Shown here one piece after another: positions 38,363-52,505 of a DNA stretch of 64,000 nt. The position numbers and the translations under genes were made by a program. The stretch is taken from assembly GCA_050084985.1 (NCBI GenBank), contig JBITNC010000001.1, forward strand, positions 31,744,001 to 31,808,000, given 5' to 3'. Numbering within the stretch: position 1 is the first letter of the stretch; every line of letters begins with the position of its first letter. Source of the stretch: Nageia nagi (taxonomy: Eukaryota; Plantae; Pinophyta). The notes under the pieces were generated by a model that did no database searches, had not been told where the DNA came from, and saw only the letters and a list, made by a program, of their open reading frames with translations.

Positions 38363-40235
38363 GTTAGACAAATGATAATGAATAGTCCAAAAGGAAAAAT
38401 CAATGGTGGAAGAGCAATGGATGGATTGAAATACAAGTATCCAACTAGAAGGTAATATCACATAGTATTCATAGAGCTCAGGTAGCAAAATGACAAGGAG
38501 AAAATGATTAGTCAACCCACCAAAACCTCCTTTTTGTTCAATTTTTAAACTAAACCTAGCTAAATGAATGCCCTTTTCAAATGTGAAATTTTATGTTTGG
38601 AAAATGGTAACTAATGTGGGAAAAATAGTTAAAAATATTTTAATTACAAGTGGTTTCTTTTTTAAAAACCAATTATATCAAATTTGTACCATTGACGATG
38701 TCCAAAATGTAAAACTCATGAGTAATTCTAAGTATATTGCTTAGAAATGATAAATCCTATCATATGCATAGCTTACATGATATATTTGCAAGGAAATTAA
38801 CTATGCTCTATTTTTAATGTTTATTAACACTAACTGGACACTGCCAGTGGTGTGTTCTATAAAAAATTAACAATTGATTAAAGAGTTATGTTTAATTTTC
38901 AATTTACTAAATCAATACAAATGTATAAAATGGATGTTGCATGTTCATAATATGGAGATTTTTAACTTGAAAAATTGGACTTAATTAAATGCAAATGTCA
39001 ATTTTTTATTTTTGCATTGGGGCATGATTTTATAAAAGTCAATATCAGAATATTTATTTTTCAATGCCAAATGAATGTGCTACTTTTCTTGAAGTTCAAT
39101 TCTATCAACTTCATGTAGTTAGCAGTATGAAAGACGTATAATTATGGGTTATTTTAAATATTGGTTATATTATCATATTTTTACTAAAGAAAAATAGTTG
39201 ATATCATGCTTGTATGATTGTTATCTAGATAAAAAGTATACAAGGTCATAATAAGTCAATTTACTACTTATATGATAAATATTATGACATGAAGAAATGC
39301 TTATTCTTAGATTTTATGATGGAAATTATTATTGATTATTTTTTATTGAATATCATTACAATTTACAAATCTGATAGGACTATTTCCACACTACTAATGA
39401 TGTGTGTGTGTTATGAATTCATTATAAATAGGGCATGTTATAAATACTTGAATATTTATTTGAAAATACCATTATTTCACAAATGTACGCTAACATAGAA
39501 ATGATGAACAAAAATCCAAAAGATATGATTATTCAATTATATGAAATTCATGCTACCAATGGCATAGGTTTGCTTTAAAAAATAATGAAATCTCAAGTAA
39601 TTTAATTAACTTTAATGCAATGTTGATATATATGACCAATAAATATTTAAATAATTGGCATTTTTATGTGAATCAAATGATATTGTTCAAAGTTATAACA
39701 AAAAATGTTTTCAAGGCGATGGTCATTTTATGAGCAAAATCTCTCAAATTACAAGTTATTCCATACTTGAAACATTAAAAAGGATCCCATTAGTTTGATC
39801 TTCATATACTATGAGTTGCAAAAATAGTAGTCTAAATGTCATGGTTAAATAGAACTATGAGTCGCATCGACCATAGTGACATAATGAATATCATATTTAT
39901 TTCATCCTTTCTCTTTCAAATTGATTATTCTTTAATAGTATGTGATCTATGTGGGTATTATGTTAGGTTGTTCTTAAAAAGATATTATTCGGGAGAGTAG
40001 GATTCGCATAGAGATGCTCTCCTCATACAAGGACTTTGATTTTTAGCTTCATTCCCCAAAGAAGCTAGAGCAAGGGGAAATGCAAGGCCAAAAGAGGACA
40101 AATGACATATCATATGCAATATATTGATTGAAAAAGGAAAATCCACTTTACTATTGAAAATTTTCTTCTCTTCTTTAGACTTCTTTAGATTATGCAATTT
40201 CAATGCTTTTCATTTCATATCTAAAGGGAGAAAAA

Positions 40236-40980
40236 TTTAGATGCCTAAAAATGATTTATTGTTTATTTAATATCATATTTAGACTTCTTAAATAACTTAT
40301 TTCAATATTACAAATTTCAAGATAAAGTTGATATTACAATCCAATGCCATGTATTATATTAAATACTATATCAATTATCATGGTTCATATTTTAAAATAT
40401 CTTGAATATAACAATATTTATATTATTTCTAGAGGTTGTCCTTCACTCTTTTCTATGTCCTTATAGTCTATATATGCGAGTGGAATAGTCTAACCTCCAT
40501 AGATTGAAACTCTTTGATATGATAAGAACTCTGATAGGTGGCTGTTAACCATAATATTCATCAAATGATAATGTATTTTGATACACCTATTATGAGAAAT
40601 TGTTATACTATAAGCTTTAAAACTTTCTATCTTTTGTGATAACATAATTTGTCATATTCCATGCAACCAATAGTGTGCTTCTCTTGGTCTAGTGATAATG
40701 TGCATCTTCTAGATCAAGGATTCCAAATTTTGATGGTCAAGTTGTTGATCCATGTACACAAAGATCTATTGTGAACTCACCATGAGTTCGATATCAATCC
40801 TTCGAAGTTTCATTACTACTTGTTGTTGAGGATTGTACATATAATTCATATCAGGTTCATGTGTTCATATATATTTATTATAATATGATCAAGTGTACTT
40901 TATTTATCCAACTCTTCTTATATTGTAGATAGATTTATTTATTATTTATATTCGTATTAAACACAATTTTGATGTATACA
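40236..40980 (+). repeat. 3' LTR of element C
   Basis: Aligns with 32186-32932. Preceded by the PPT and followed by the TSD. Confidence 0.95.
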
Positions 40981-41984
40981 CCATGATTGCAAGATAATTT
41001 CAATTATCATGGAAAATGCTCCAACTCAATACTAAATCTTTCCTAAGAATTTTTTATTGTACCATTGTATAAACATATCACTTATATGTAGTATTGTTAA
41101 AGTTGCATTCTTTAAAAGAAAATATTAACATGAATGAAGTATATTTTTTAGATTCATGGATATTAGAAATAAAAAGAACAATTCTTAATAGTATTTACAA
41201 TTATACTTTACTTACAATTATCTTTAAGATTCTAATATGATTATAAGTCATATATGTTGTTTATAGGTTCATAAAATATTTTTGCAAGCTTATTTGAGTG
41301 AAAATAGACATATTTAATAGGTACTAGGGAGATTCAACTTGTGATTTGATCATTGTTTCAAGGAAAGAAATCATTACATATACTATTATTAGAATCTAAG
41401 TTACAAATTATGGTTGAAGTTGAAACCATTCATATAATTGTTGTTAATCATTTGAGTTTAGAGTTGATGTTGTCTATGTATTATTTGTTATCAAAATCAC
41501 CACCTCTAGGAGCTGAGGCATCATATCATACAATTTGATCCACTACTCATACCCAATCTTTTCTTGGCCCAAGATAATGAGTCATTTACTCCTAATAGAG
41601 ATTAGCTATATTTAAATTGATCTATTATTTATGGGTGTTTTATATTTGGAAAGTAGAATTAGAGCCCTTTATTTTAGTACATAAAACTATACCATTTTCT
41701 TCAAAGTTGCCATACTTTTAGATTTTTATTTTAGCATTATATGTTCAATACTATTCTTGATGACTCAATGATCATATGTTAATTCACCAAGAATATCCAA
41801 AGCTAGACAACTCTTTTTGAGTTGATTCCACTTGATCTAGAAATTATACTTCACTACCTTTCCAATGAGATATAATAAGATATACTTTCTATTTAGTGGT
41901 TTGAGGTTTACTTGCATATAAGTTTGAATTATTAAGATATACTTTGTCATTGGTGGCCTTGGGTGAAATTGCCCATCTTTATGA

Positions 41985-42330
41985 CCATCCAATTTCAAAA
42001 CTATATTGGCAACTAGTGACCCTAAAATTCAAAAGAAAATTGCTAGAGATCTACAAATTGGATTGAAGCATGTGAGTATAGTTAGAAATGACTCTTCAAT
42101 ACCTTTCCAAACATATATAGCAATTAGAATTTTTATCAATGTAATTTTAGATAATTTGGCAAATTTGTCAAAGCAACCATCCAATTTTGAAATTATCTTG
42201 GCAATTGGTGATCCTAAAATTTAGAAGCAAATCACTAGAGATCTACAAATCGAATTGAGGCATGTGAGTACTCATTGATACCTTTTAAAAAATTTATAAC
42301 ACTTAAAATTTTTGTTCAAATTAAGTTTTA
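41985..42330. repeat. Degenerate ~192-bp tandem repeat (about 1.7 copies)
   Basis: CCATCCAATTT...TTGGCAA.T.GTGA.CCTAAAATT...CTAGAGATCTACAAAT...GCATGTGAGTA occurs at ~41985 and ~42177. Confidence 0.8.
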
Positions 42331-42786
42331 TGAACTTGGGAAATGTTTCAAAGAGTATTTCTTTTAGTCACCCATTCCTTTAGCCACCAGAATCTTTAGC
42401 TCATCATGCAAAAACCCCAAACTAAGAGATTTCCTATCATGTGATATTTATAATGAAGATTCATGCATAGAACATGTTATTACAATTCTAAATGCAACTT
42501 TAAACCCAAAGTATTTATATGAAGAGGGTAACTTCAATGATCTAAATGTTATACGATGCAACTTGCACAAAAGGGATATTTTAGTATTTGGATAATTATT
42601 CAGTTAAAGGTTAAGTTGTTTAGAGATTAGGAGAAGTTTGTTCAATTATAAATGGCATAATTACCTACTTTTGTAGTAAGACTAGAGGCAATGTAGGAAT
42701 AGAAATAGTTCAAGATTACTTAAACACTTAAGTAGTTTTCTTTCAACTAATTGAATCATACACATTATAAATAGAAATTTTGATAA

Positions 42787-45700
42787 TGTAACAACTCATC
42801 CAATTGCACTATTAAGACTCGAGTACTATTGAGGATCCTAATGAGATTCAATATGAATTAAGGTATGTGATGACAAGTTTTAAATAGTGATATGCTTTAT
42901 TGTGTCAATTTGATATTGGCTTTGAGATATTTTGATATAGGTCACAAGTTAATCTGATATGAAAAGAGTAAAAAAGACCCAAGGAACCAAGGGTGAATTG
43001 GTGAAAGGAACAAAGGGTAAGAGTGAGAAAATAATTGGAATTGGTTCATTTGATAAAACTTAATGACCATTGTAGATCATGTTGCTACATGGTATACTAA
43101 TTAATTATGAATGTTGATTTTCATGATGAATGTGTGTTTATGAATGGGTGTGCATTAAAAAATTTATCATGCAGGTGACCATCGCAGGTAAGATATATGG
43201 TTGAATTTTGTTATGAATTTTTTGCAATTTAAATTCAAAAAAGAAGGCTAAGGAATATTCCCTCCCTTTCAATTTGAATTTTTACTTATAGTTGTTAGTA
43301 AACTAAAGCAAAAATGAAAAAAAAAAAAGTTAGAAAGGACTAAGGTCACCTTGTGATTTTATAATATATTTAATGGTTATAAAAAATAATTGAGTAATGA
43401 CCCTACTTATTTTTGTTTCCTTGTGTTAAGAATGGATAATAGTTGGCACTAATTTGTTAGTTAATAAAAAAGATTTCAAGGTATTAAATGCAATTACAAT
43501 TATCAATAACTTTAATCAAACCTACCTCAAACATTATTAAAGGGATGAGTAAATGTCCATTTGGACATAATTGAACCTCTTTGGCTATAAATAAAGGGTT
43601 GGAACATTAGGAAAACACCTACCTATCTCTTATTATTTCATTCTTGTTATTCTCAAAGTTGGATGTCGAGTTACGTGATGAAAATAAGCCTTTCTCTCTC
43701 TTCCTTTCCAACTACAGGTGCATTTTTTTGCATTTCTAAAATGACTAGTTAAAGAAGTCCTATTTTGAAATTATTTAATGAGTTGTATGAAAGTATTATT
43801 TGATAAAGGTTCATGGAATTAAATGTTGATAGAGGTCTTATACTATTTGAAGGGACATATTGATTATTTTATTTGACATGTTGCATATGAAAGTTGGTAC
43901 CTTGTCTTTTCCTTAAAAAGTAAAGGAGTAGGATCTTATTATTTATTTATTTTATTGATTGGAAGTTTCGAATACAAATGTATTATGTATGTTAATATAT
44001 TAATGAGCCCAATCATTTATGAGTAGTTCATAAAGAATCCAATTTTTTACTTTACCTTGCTAATTTCTTGGCTCTACTCCCTATTATATGTTCCCTCACA
44101 TTTTACATCCATGGCTACTTGGATATTGACAGCCACATTAATTGATGTAAAACCATTGTAACTATTCTTTGATAAGACCCCATATCTTATTTGCGTGCTC
44201 TCTCAATGGTACACACCAGAAGAATGCTACATAGGTCAACTTTATCACAAGTATTTTGCTTGTCTCTCCGGTGTTTTTCATTTTGGGCCTTCATTTCCTC
44301 AATATCCAATCAGAAATTATTAGATGGATCTTATTACTCCCTTCTTGAGCTAACGCGATGGTTCATGCTGATAGAATGCTAACAGAGGTTGTAGAGTTTG
44401 TTTTTAATTTATTTTATACTATGTTTGAAATACATTGTTATCAAATGACCCCTAGATTTGTGCATTACTTACATAATAGGCGACATAATCCACTCGTGAT
44501 GAAGTTCCATACCTCCTTTTTGAGCTCTAGCTTTAACACACACAGGATGGGTTACTATCAAAACATTTCAGAATTTGATCCATCAATTTCGAAGCCCTGT
44601 GATCTCAACATTCAATAAAAAAAATATTTTTAAACATTCTTTAATGGATTTCAATACTTTTTTTTCTTGAACTCCTGCAATGGCACATGTTGAGACTTAC
44701 TGGAAAATGTTTGTAGAGTTTGGCTTTACATCTGACAATCGCCTATGATCAAATTCCTCTTCACTCTTTCAAAAAACCATTAAGGAGTATACCCTACCAA
44801 CATTGTTCCATTTGAGATGGTATATCAGAGAGAAAGTTTGACAAACCAATCGCACGCAGTTCATCATGTTGATTTTGTAAAATATTTTAATAATCTTCTT
44901 TGTGACATTTAAATCCATGCTTGCAGCTATATGGATTCTTTCGGTTAACCACTGAATTGATAAAGACTCTGAGAAGATTGATTGGGTTTGTAGCTATTCT
45001 ATGAAAAGGATTGCGAATCCATTACTCTGTCTCACCTTAGGAAAACTCGCTGGATCTGCAATTGCGAAGGTAAGAGGATGTTAATCAAGTTATTTTTGTG
45101 TTCTTTCTTTTGTAGTCATAATCCCGGGGGCATAGTAGATTTAGAGATGATATTTGTATACTAAATCTGGGAGGAGCTACCGAAACTTTCTTGGATATTT
45201 AATTATATCTTGTAAATTGGATATCGTTGAGAAACTGATGAAAACTCTAAATTTATATGCGCTCTCTATCTACAGTTCGTTATACAAACTCCGTCAATTA
45301 CCTAGATAGAAATAGTAAATAGGCAGTCAAGGAATAGTTAATAGATTTTAACTACTATGACATCTAATTTCATAGTAGAAACTATATTATATATATATAA
45401 AATAAAGTTGTTAAGAAAATTTAATATGAGGTAAGGAAAAGAAAGTTATTTTAAAGCAACAATGTTAATAAAATTTTAAAGTATTGACTATCTAGAATAG
45501 ATAAGAGATTCTTAAATTTATTTTATAATAATAAATTACTCCTTAATTAAGATGTGGTTATGATTTTATATTTTGAGGTAAGGTATTAATTAAATCTTAA
45601 ACTCTCTACCCACGATCGAAGAAGGTAGGTGATCCTTTATAGGACATAAATCCTCTTGAGGTTCGTAAAAAAAAATAGTTTTAATTGAATAGGAAGATTG

Positions 45701-47637
45701 TAAATAGACTCATTTGCATCACGGTTAGAAAAAAAAAGGGAGAATGTTCTGATCCTCAAATTCTATACCATTCTTAGTACTCGATCTAATCTATATTAAT
45801 GCTTGGATATAAGCTCGAAAAAGATGATGATTACTCGACAAAGATATATCAAATATCGATGAAGGTGTTTCTACAACAAGGCAAATATGTATTAATGAAC
45901 AATTTGTTTTGGCATGAATTGTAAATAGGACCTAAATATTGTTCAATGAGATTAAAATTCTACTTGTATCTTAAGATCATTTATAATTATTGTTACTTCC
46001 TTAGTATTAACTTGTGTTTGTAATACTTAATGAAAGGAAGTTTCATGAAGTTTTATTAATGGATGGATGGTTTTTATGATATTCTTTAGTTGAGACTCTA
46101 CAATTAATAAATAGATGTATTTTGTTAATGATTCTTATTTCTCTTTGTTCAAAACAATAATGGATACATGTTGAAATTGAATAGGGTTAACAATACCATT
46201 GACTTTTCATGACATCTAATATGAAATAAATATAGTATGTTGCTATAATAAGATCATTTCACTTAATAGAAATCAAAATAATATTATCAACAAATGTGTT
46301 TACAAAAGTCTCTAAATTTAGGGGATTGATAAGATCAATAACCCTATAAACCCCAATGAATTGAAAAAGATCCCAACATAGAATTATAGTTCCAAATTGA
46401 GGTTTGGAATAAAGTAGGAAATGTTAGGGATCCTTAGGATAAAAAATGGGAATGATTAGGATCAACTAGAAACTAATGGGATAATTTGAAATCCTATGGG
46501 AACACTTGAGAAAACTTGGATAGTCAAATAAGGTAAAAGGATTGACATGAAATAAAGGCTAGGAAGGAAAACTCTAAGGAACCAAGTCAACCAAGAAGAG
46601 ATTTTTGGATGGATTTGATAGTTAAAGAAATTGACATGGAATACTCGTTAGTTGAACCTCCCTCACTAAATAACACTTCAAAAGAATATTCCTTGAGTAT
46701 GAACCACTTTGCATCGCACTACCTTTATAGCAGTAGTTGACTTTAGTGTCATCTCAAGGCACATTACCAAACAATAGTATGAAAATGTTTATAAAGTGGT
46801 TTTACTTATCCAACACCATGTGTATGAGATAATTATAAATCTACAAATCTCTAGTGACTTTCTAAATATGTTATTTCGAGTCTTCCTGCATACGATATGG
46901 TATTAATAGGTCATGAGTGATTTTTATTTTATAATTTCTAAAATTAATTAGACTATACAAACCATTAGATGGTATCATTTCAATACCCATGGCTCCCTAG
47001 GATATGGGCATAGGGATGCTAGATTCCATGGTGAGCTTATCTAATAGATAGGGGAAGGTTAGTGTCTTATATCTTTGATAGGGTATCAGATGAGGATAGT
47101 AGTTAATAAAATTATAGTTATCGAGTTAAGGTAATTTAGTAGTCATACTACTTACAGTTAAGCACATAGGAGTATGATGATTGTTCCTTTAGGTGATGAT
47201 ATTTCTTACTCATAAAGAAGCTTTTATAGAAAATCCTATATACTCTTATGATTCAAAGGGTTATCATTGGGTGAGGATGTGTAACCTAATGGATGTACAT
47301 TCTCTTGAGTGATATGGCCCTCGAGTAGGAAAACACTACATCATGTCTAGAATGTTTGCTGCATAGTTCATGAGGTGGAAATAGTGGGGTCACATTTAAG
47401 GCATCTCCTCAATAGGATGAGAACTATGGAGTGAACACCAGAAGAGATTTAATTAAGGTTACATAATCTAATCTTTATTCAATCTTGCCATGTGGAGGCT
47501 GACTAGCTAGCAGTATTGATAAGCTCATATGGATCATTTGTATCCATTCATAGATCTTTTGAGTATTTAAACTACTCAAAAATAATTTGACTTGAAATTT
47601 AAAATTTTATATGTTTAGAATAAGATGATGCATTACA
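42787..47637 (+). repeat. LTR-derived region ending at the 5' LTR/PBS junction of D (left boundary uncertain, probably composite)
   Basis: TGTAAC at 42787 and GCATTACA at 47637 form matching termini. TATA-like CTATAAATAAAGGG at ~43586. The middle ~44000-46200 looks foreign. No second copy in the window. Confidence 0.45.
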
Positions 47638-47638
47638 T

Positions 47639-50600
47639 TGGTATCAAAGCATCAAGTTTAAACTCTCAAGCCTATGGTCCATAATTCTTTTGTTGTAAGA
47701 GTTTATAAAGTCAAGATGAGTATGCTTGAACCTAATAACAATACCATTTGGTGATCTTAGATTATGGTAATTATAAGATGCATAATAAGATCTTCAAGCA
47801 ACTAATGATAAGGTACCAAAAATGGCCTTCTATGAATGCTAATGCCAGGGAAAATCAAAGAAATATTAGAGGCCAACATACCATAAATGGAATAATGATG
47901 AATGCAAATAGAAGGATTCCTAACAATGAGAATGAGATTTCTTCAATTCGTTCCATCCAAAAAAATGGAGAAGAAGAAGCCATATTGAGATTACAAGAGC
48001 AGGTGGTAGAGTAGTAAGAAATAATAAATAATATGTTAAATCCAAGGGTTGAACCTCGAAGAGAAGAAATTATCCTAGAATAAACAAGACCTGAAAGGAT
48101 AAAGGATCAAATCTAGGTAAGAATTGAACAAGAACTTGCATCAAATCTAAAGAAATCTTAGATTTCAAAATTTAATGATAAGCAAAAAGGAAAATAAGTA
48201 GAAGTGTGGTTAGAAGAAGCAAAAACCTACTTCTCAATTCAAAAAATTTTACCAAAGACCAAAATAGTATGGACTATACCTACATTTTTTAAGATATTGC
48301 TTTAGAATGGTGGAATGCATACATGATTGAGAATGAGATCCAGTACCCAAAGCATTGAAATTTACTGCAATATTCTATAAAAGATTCATTCATCAAGTAT
48401 ATTATGATAGAAAGTATTAAGAATACTATTGTTTTCAATAAGGATCCATGAGTGTTCAAAGTTATCACTAAAGATTTATCAAACTCCTTAAGTACATCTT
48501 AGAAAATCAAAATTATCTGAAGGTGCATAAATTCTTTGTGGGGTTAGATCCCAATATCAAAATTGTAGTAAATATCTTGAAGAGGCATATGACCTTGCAA
48601 AAAAGGAAGAAAGTAACTTGGGAATCAAAAAGACCTTTGTAAACTACAAGCTTCTAAATGAAAAAGATAAGGAAATCCATCGAAAGAATCACAATGCAAA
48701 GCATCAAGCAAAACATACAAGCAACAAGAAATATAATCATGGTTACAAGGATAATAATCACTCTAGATTTGAGAAGAGACCATTTGGGAGAAAAGGCTTT
48801 AAGAAAAAGAATTTCTAGAAGAAGAATCAATAGTTTCATAAGCAACGTCAAAATCCTAGACATGGAAATCAAGGTTTCAAAAACCATGGTTAAGGGCTTC
48901 CAAAGTAAAGAGGTAATTAGAATACATTGAAAGATACGTTTTCTAAACAAAAGAAAGCTCCTCAAGATGGATGCTAAAAATGTGGTGGAGCACATTATTC
49001 CAATCAATGTCCCCTAAAGATAGATCCATTTAGAGAGCATCAAATCTTTGCAATTATCAGATTGAGATAGAATAGAGGACAAGCCACACCTCTCCAAATT
49101 CTTGGTAAAATTTTTGATAAATCTTTTAATATTTTAATAGATTATGGTGCTATGGATAGTTTTATTTCAAATTCTTTAGTTAAGGATATGTCAAAGGTAT
49201 CAAAGTTTTTAACAAATGGGTGGTAAGTGGAGTTTGGATCAGATCAAAAATACCTTGTTAGATAATATTTTAGGGATGTTGAACTAGAATTACTTAAAGG
49301 GTATATTGTGTTGGATTTGTATGTGGTTCCCCTAACTTCTTACAATATCATGTTAGGCATGGATTGGTTAATGGCCAACAAAGCTTTGATTGAATTTTGG
49401 GAACTATGGGTAGAATACATCGATGTATCTCAAAACTAATACAAGGTGTATAGTGATCAAGGATATTTTGAACCTTACTTGATCACAGCTATGTAAGTTA
49501 AAAGAAGCATTAGAAAATAGGAAATGATTTATGCAATCAAGTTTAAAGAAGTTAAATAAGAGGATAAAGAGATAGATTTGCTAAATAAGTACCCTATGTT
49601 AAGAGAATACAAAGATGTGATTCCTAAATATGTACCTAGATTACCTCTAAAACGAGAATTTAATTTCTTGATAGATTTAATTCTAGGAGTTGAACCTATT
49701 TTTAGAATCCCATATAGAATGAATACCATTGAAATGTAGGAATTGAAGTATGAATGTAAGATTTGTAAGAAAAAGGGTTAATAAAACCAAGTGTATCACC
49801 ATGGGGCACTCCTGTTTATTTGTAAAGAAGAAAGATGGAGCACTAAGGTTGTGTATTGATTATAAGATGTTGAACAAGGTCACTATCAAAAATAGGTATC
49901 TTTTACTTAGGATTGATGACTTATTCAATCAACTCAAGGATGTTGCTATTTTCTCTAAGATAGATATGAGATTAGGATACCACTAATTAAGGATTTTAGG
50001 ATCAGACACCCATAAGATAAATTTTAAAACTAGGTTTAGACACTATGAGTTTGTTGTATTACCTTTTGTGTTAACAAATTCCCTTACAACATTCATGAAC
50101 TTAATGAATAGTGTATATCAAGAATACTTAGAAAAGTTTATGCTAGTATTTCTCGATGATATCCACATCTACTAAAATAATGAGGAACATGATTATCATC
50201 TAAGGCTAGCTCTAGAGGTGTTGAGAAGAAACCAATTATATGGCAAGTTATCAAAATGTGACTTTTATGTTTCACAAATTTAGTATTTAGGGCACATCAT
50301 CTCTATACAAGGAATTTTACTTGACCTTAAGAAAATGGAAGCAATAATGAGTTGACCTATATGAATAAGTGTGAATAAGGTAAAGAGTTTTATGGGATTA
50401 GTTAGATAATACTAAATGTTTATCAAATATTTCTCAAAGATAGCCAATCATATCATTAGTCTTCAAAAGAAAAATAAGGTGTTCAAGTGGATAGAAAAGT
50501 ATGAAAAAGCTTTCTTAACTTTAAAAAAAAAAGCTTACCATAGCTCGAGTTCTCACTATACATGATCGACACAGTGATTTTGCAGTATGCATAGATGTTT

Positions 50601-52050
50601 CACTAGAAGGTTTGGATGGTGTGTTATCCCAAAATAGAAATCCACTAGCATATGAATCTAAAAAATTGAAAACATACAAGTTGAACTATGCAACTCATGA
50701 TCTTGAGTTGGTAGCAATTGTCCATGTACTTAAAATGTGGAGGCACTATCTTTTAGAAAAACCTTTCAAACTTGAAACAGATCACCAAAGCTTGAAGTAC
50801 CTTTTCATTTAGCCAGACCTAAATGCTAGGCAAAGGCGATGGATGGAATTCCTAGCTGAATATGACTTTAGCTTTGAATACACTAAAGGAAAGAAAAACA
50901 AAGTGGTAGATGCTCTGAGTCATAGATAACATGTAAATGGCATGATAAGAATTCAATTTGATTTGCTTGATCAAGTGAAAGAGTACAACAAGAAGATTTG
51001 TATTGTAGATCCATCTAAGAATTGATAAAGAAAGGTACCCTATCATCTCAAAAATTCATTGAAAAAGATATAATTTTGTATTTTAAGGATAGATTAGTCA
51101 TCCCAGAGAAGGGAAATATGAGAAATTTAATCATGCAAGAAGCTCATCATCCCTTGTATGCAGTACATCTAAGAGATATGAAAATGAGAGAAGACTTGAA
51201 ACAAAGATTTTATTGGGATGGAATGAAAAAAGATAGCATAATTCGTGATAAGATGCTTCAAATTTTAGAAGCTTAAGGAAGAACATCAACATTTAGGTGG
51301 ATATTTGTATTCACATAATGTTCTTACTCAAAAATAATAAGTAATTTTAATGGATTTTATTATCAAAAACCACATTCTATCATGAATCAATCTTGGTAGT
51401 GGTTGATAGATTAATCAAGGTGGTATATTTTATACCTATTAATACCACTAATGATGCCTTTATAATAGTAAATAAGTTTACCCATGAAATCTTTAAATTG
51501 CATAGATTTCTTGAGGTGATCATCTCAAATAGAGATTTTAAGTTCACCTCTATATTCTGGAAATCATTTCATAAGGCATTAGGAACAAAATTGAATATGA
51601 GTTCAGCATATCATCCAAAGATAGATGGAAAGACTAAATGAGTGAACAAAGTCCTTGAGGACATGCTTAGAATGTATTGCATGGAATAAAATACTAAATG
51701 AAAGTATTACCTCTACTTAGTTGAATTTACCTATAATAATGGTTATCATTCATCTTTGGGAATGGATCCTTTTGAGACTCTTTACAGAAGGAGATGCAGG
51801 ACTCCTTTATCTTGGAATAATCGGAAGGATCGAGTGATGATCCAACCTAAGATGTTAAAATAAATAGAAAAATAATTGAAATCCATTCAATAAAATTTAA
51901 ATGAAACTATCAATTGATAAAAGAGTTATGTCAATCTCAAAAGAACTCCTCAAGAATTTACTATGGGTGATAAAATATTCTTACAAGTTTGACCCATGAA
52001 AAGTGTCATAAAGTTAACTAAATTAAATCTTCGATTTGTTGATCTTTTAG
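47639..52050 (+). mobile_element. Element D internal region: Tekay/chromovirus-like Ty3/gypsy gag-pol pseudogene, 3'-truncated
   Basis: PBS TGGTATCAAAGC (tRNA-iMet). Zinc knuckle C*KCGGAHYSNQC (~48970-49012). [53 protein letters not shown] and FLDDI. RH NYATHDLELVAIVHVLKMWRHYL. INT SSAYHPKIDGKT. Stops at KLNLRFVD. Confidence 0.93.
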
Positions 52051-52503
52051 TATTGAAAATTGTAATGTAATATTATGTAATATTTCTTTATAATCTAAAT
52101 TACTTAATGCTTAAAGTATCTTTAGATACTTTAAAGCATTCAAAGAATAAATAGAAAAAAAGAATAAATAAAAATACCTTTAACCTTACCCTTAGGTAAA
52201 AAGAAGATTAAAGAGTGGGTTAGTTCTTATAAATAAGAAAGTACTCCTCTCATTATATTATTTGATAAAATTTGATGAAACATGGTAATGCTTATCTTAA
52301 AAATTTGTATGAAAGTTATCTTTTGAGAAAGTAATAGAATGATGGTTCAAAGTAAATGTACTTCCAAAATATAGAGGCACCACTATACATCATGTGTTAT
52401 CTTTTATGTGATTATTTATTATGTTGGTAGATGGATGAATAGTAGATTTGTTAAAAAAATTTCAAGGTGATCTTGGTTATATGGAATCCTTAAAGTTCCA
52501 TCA
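52051..52503 (+). repeat. LTR of element E (copia-type), interrupting integrase of D
   Basis: Starts TATTGAAAAT (degenerate TGTTG), carries CTTATAAATA at ~52226, ends CCATCA, and is followed by a perfect PBS TGGTATCAGAGC (52506-52517). Confidence 0.72.
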
Positions 52504-52505
52504 AA

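Larger units (their letters stand above)
32186..40980 (+). mobile_element. Element C: non-autonomous Tat-like LTR element with gag and antisense PMD but no pol
   Basis: ~745-bp LTR pair TGTAG...TACA. TSD CCATA (32181-32185) / CCATG (40981-40985). PBS at 32936 and PPT AAAGGGAGAAAAA at 40223-40235. No PR/RT/RH/INT motifs seen. Confidence 0.92.

Noticed and set aside
44180-45865. Plastid/mitochondrial insertion or protein-coding exon
   Set aside because: No organellar gene, tRNA or open frame recognised. Kept only as an unexplained island.
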